From Eledone cirrhosa (Eukaryota): a stretch of DNA of 64,000 nt. Positions 63,798 through 64,000 of the stretch are shown here, one piece after another (the stretch's first letter is position 1; every line of letters begins with the position of its first letter). The position numbers were made by a program, and so were the translations under genes. The notes under the pieces are model-generated. The model did not search any database. It saw nothing but the letters and a program-made list of their open reading frames with translations, and had not been told where the DNA came from. The stretch spans positions 95,976,001 through 96,040,000 of the forward strand of contig OZ024741.1 in the NCBI GenBank assembly GCA_964016885.1, read 5' to 3'.

Positions 63798-64000
63798 TCA
63801 AGAACGGTGGGTGACGAGGATGGTGTATTTGGTGGCCGGTGAAGGGATGAAGAGTGAGGATGGTGGTGATGATATGGTTAGAACCAGAACAACTACCATC
63901 AGCTATGTCGTCCGACACTTCCATATTTGATCCAATCTACTACCCTAGATTGGTATTTCATTTAATCGACCCCGAATGAATGAAACACAAAACTGACCTT

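Overview
Eukaryotic, AT-rich, microsatellite-saturated DNA. The SINE families and repeat landscape look like an octopus/coleoid cephalopod genome (inference). I find no supportable host protein-coding gene; almost all ORF-track entries are microsatellite read-throughs or transposon relics. Bases 1-15,415 are a G/T-strand-biased satellite of 19-bp (and 17-bp) monomers organised into 57/74-bp units and multi-kb higher-order repeats. The rest is a mosaic of mobile elements. It includes a 5'-truncated Penelope-like element with an open RT + GIY-YIG ORF, decayed RTE, R4/Dong-like, CRE-like, RTE-X-like and CR1-like LINEs, two tRNA-derived SINE families, and mariner/Tc1 and hATm-like DNA transposon relics. 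The most interesting signal, found by hand-folding, is about 13 type-I hammerhead-ribozyme motifs, roughly five with an intact catalytic core. They sit in several unrelated short non-coding elements, most next to (TA)n runs and some with direct or inverted terminal repeats (Penelope pLTR / retrozyme-like). One family occurs twice as a fold-back palindrome hinged at the same ribozyme position. Second, RTE-family (ATGT)n tails appear to serve as landing pads for R4/Dong-like elements. All structures and family calls are by eye and need computational confirmation.
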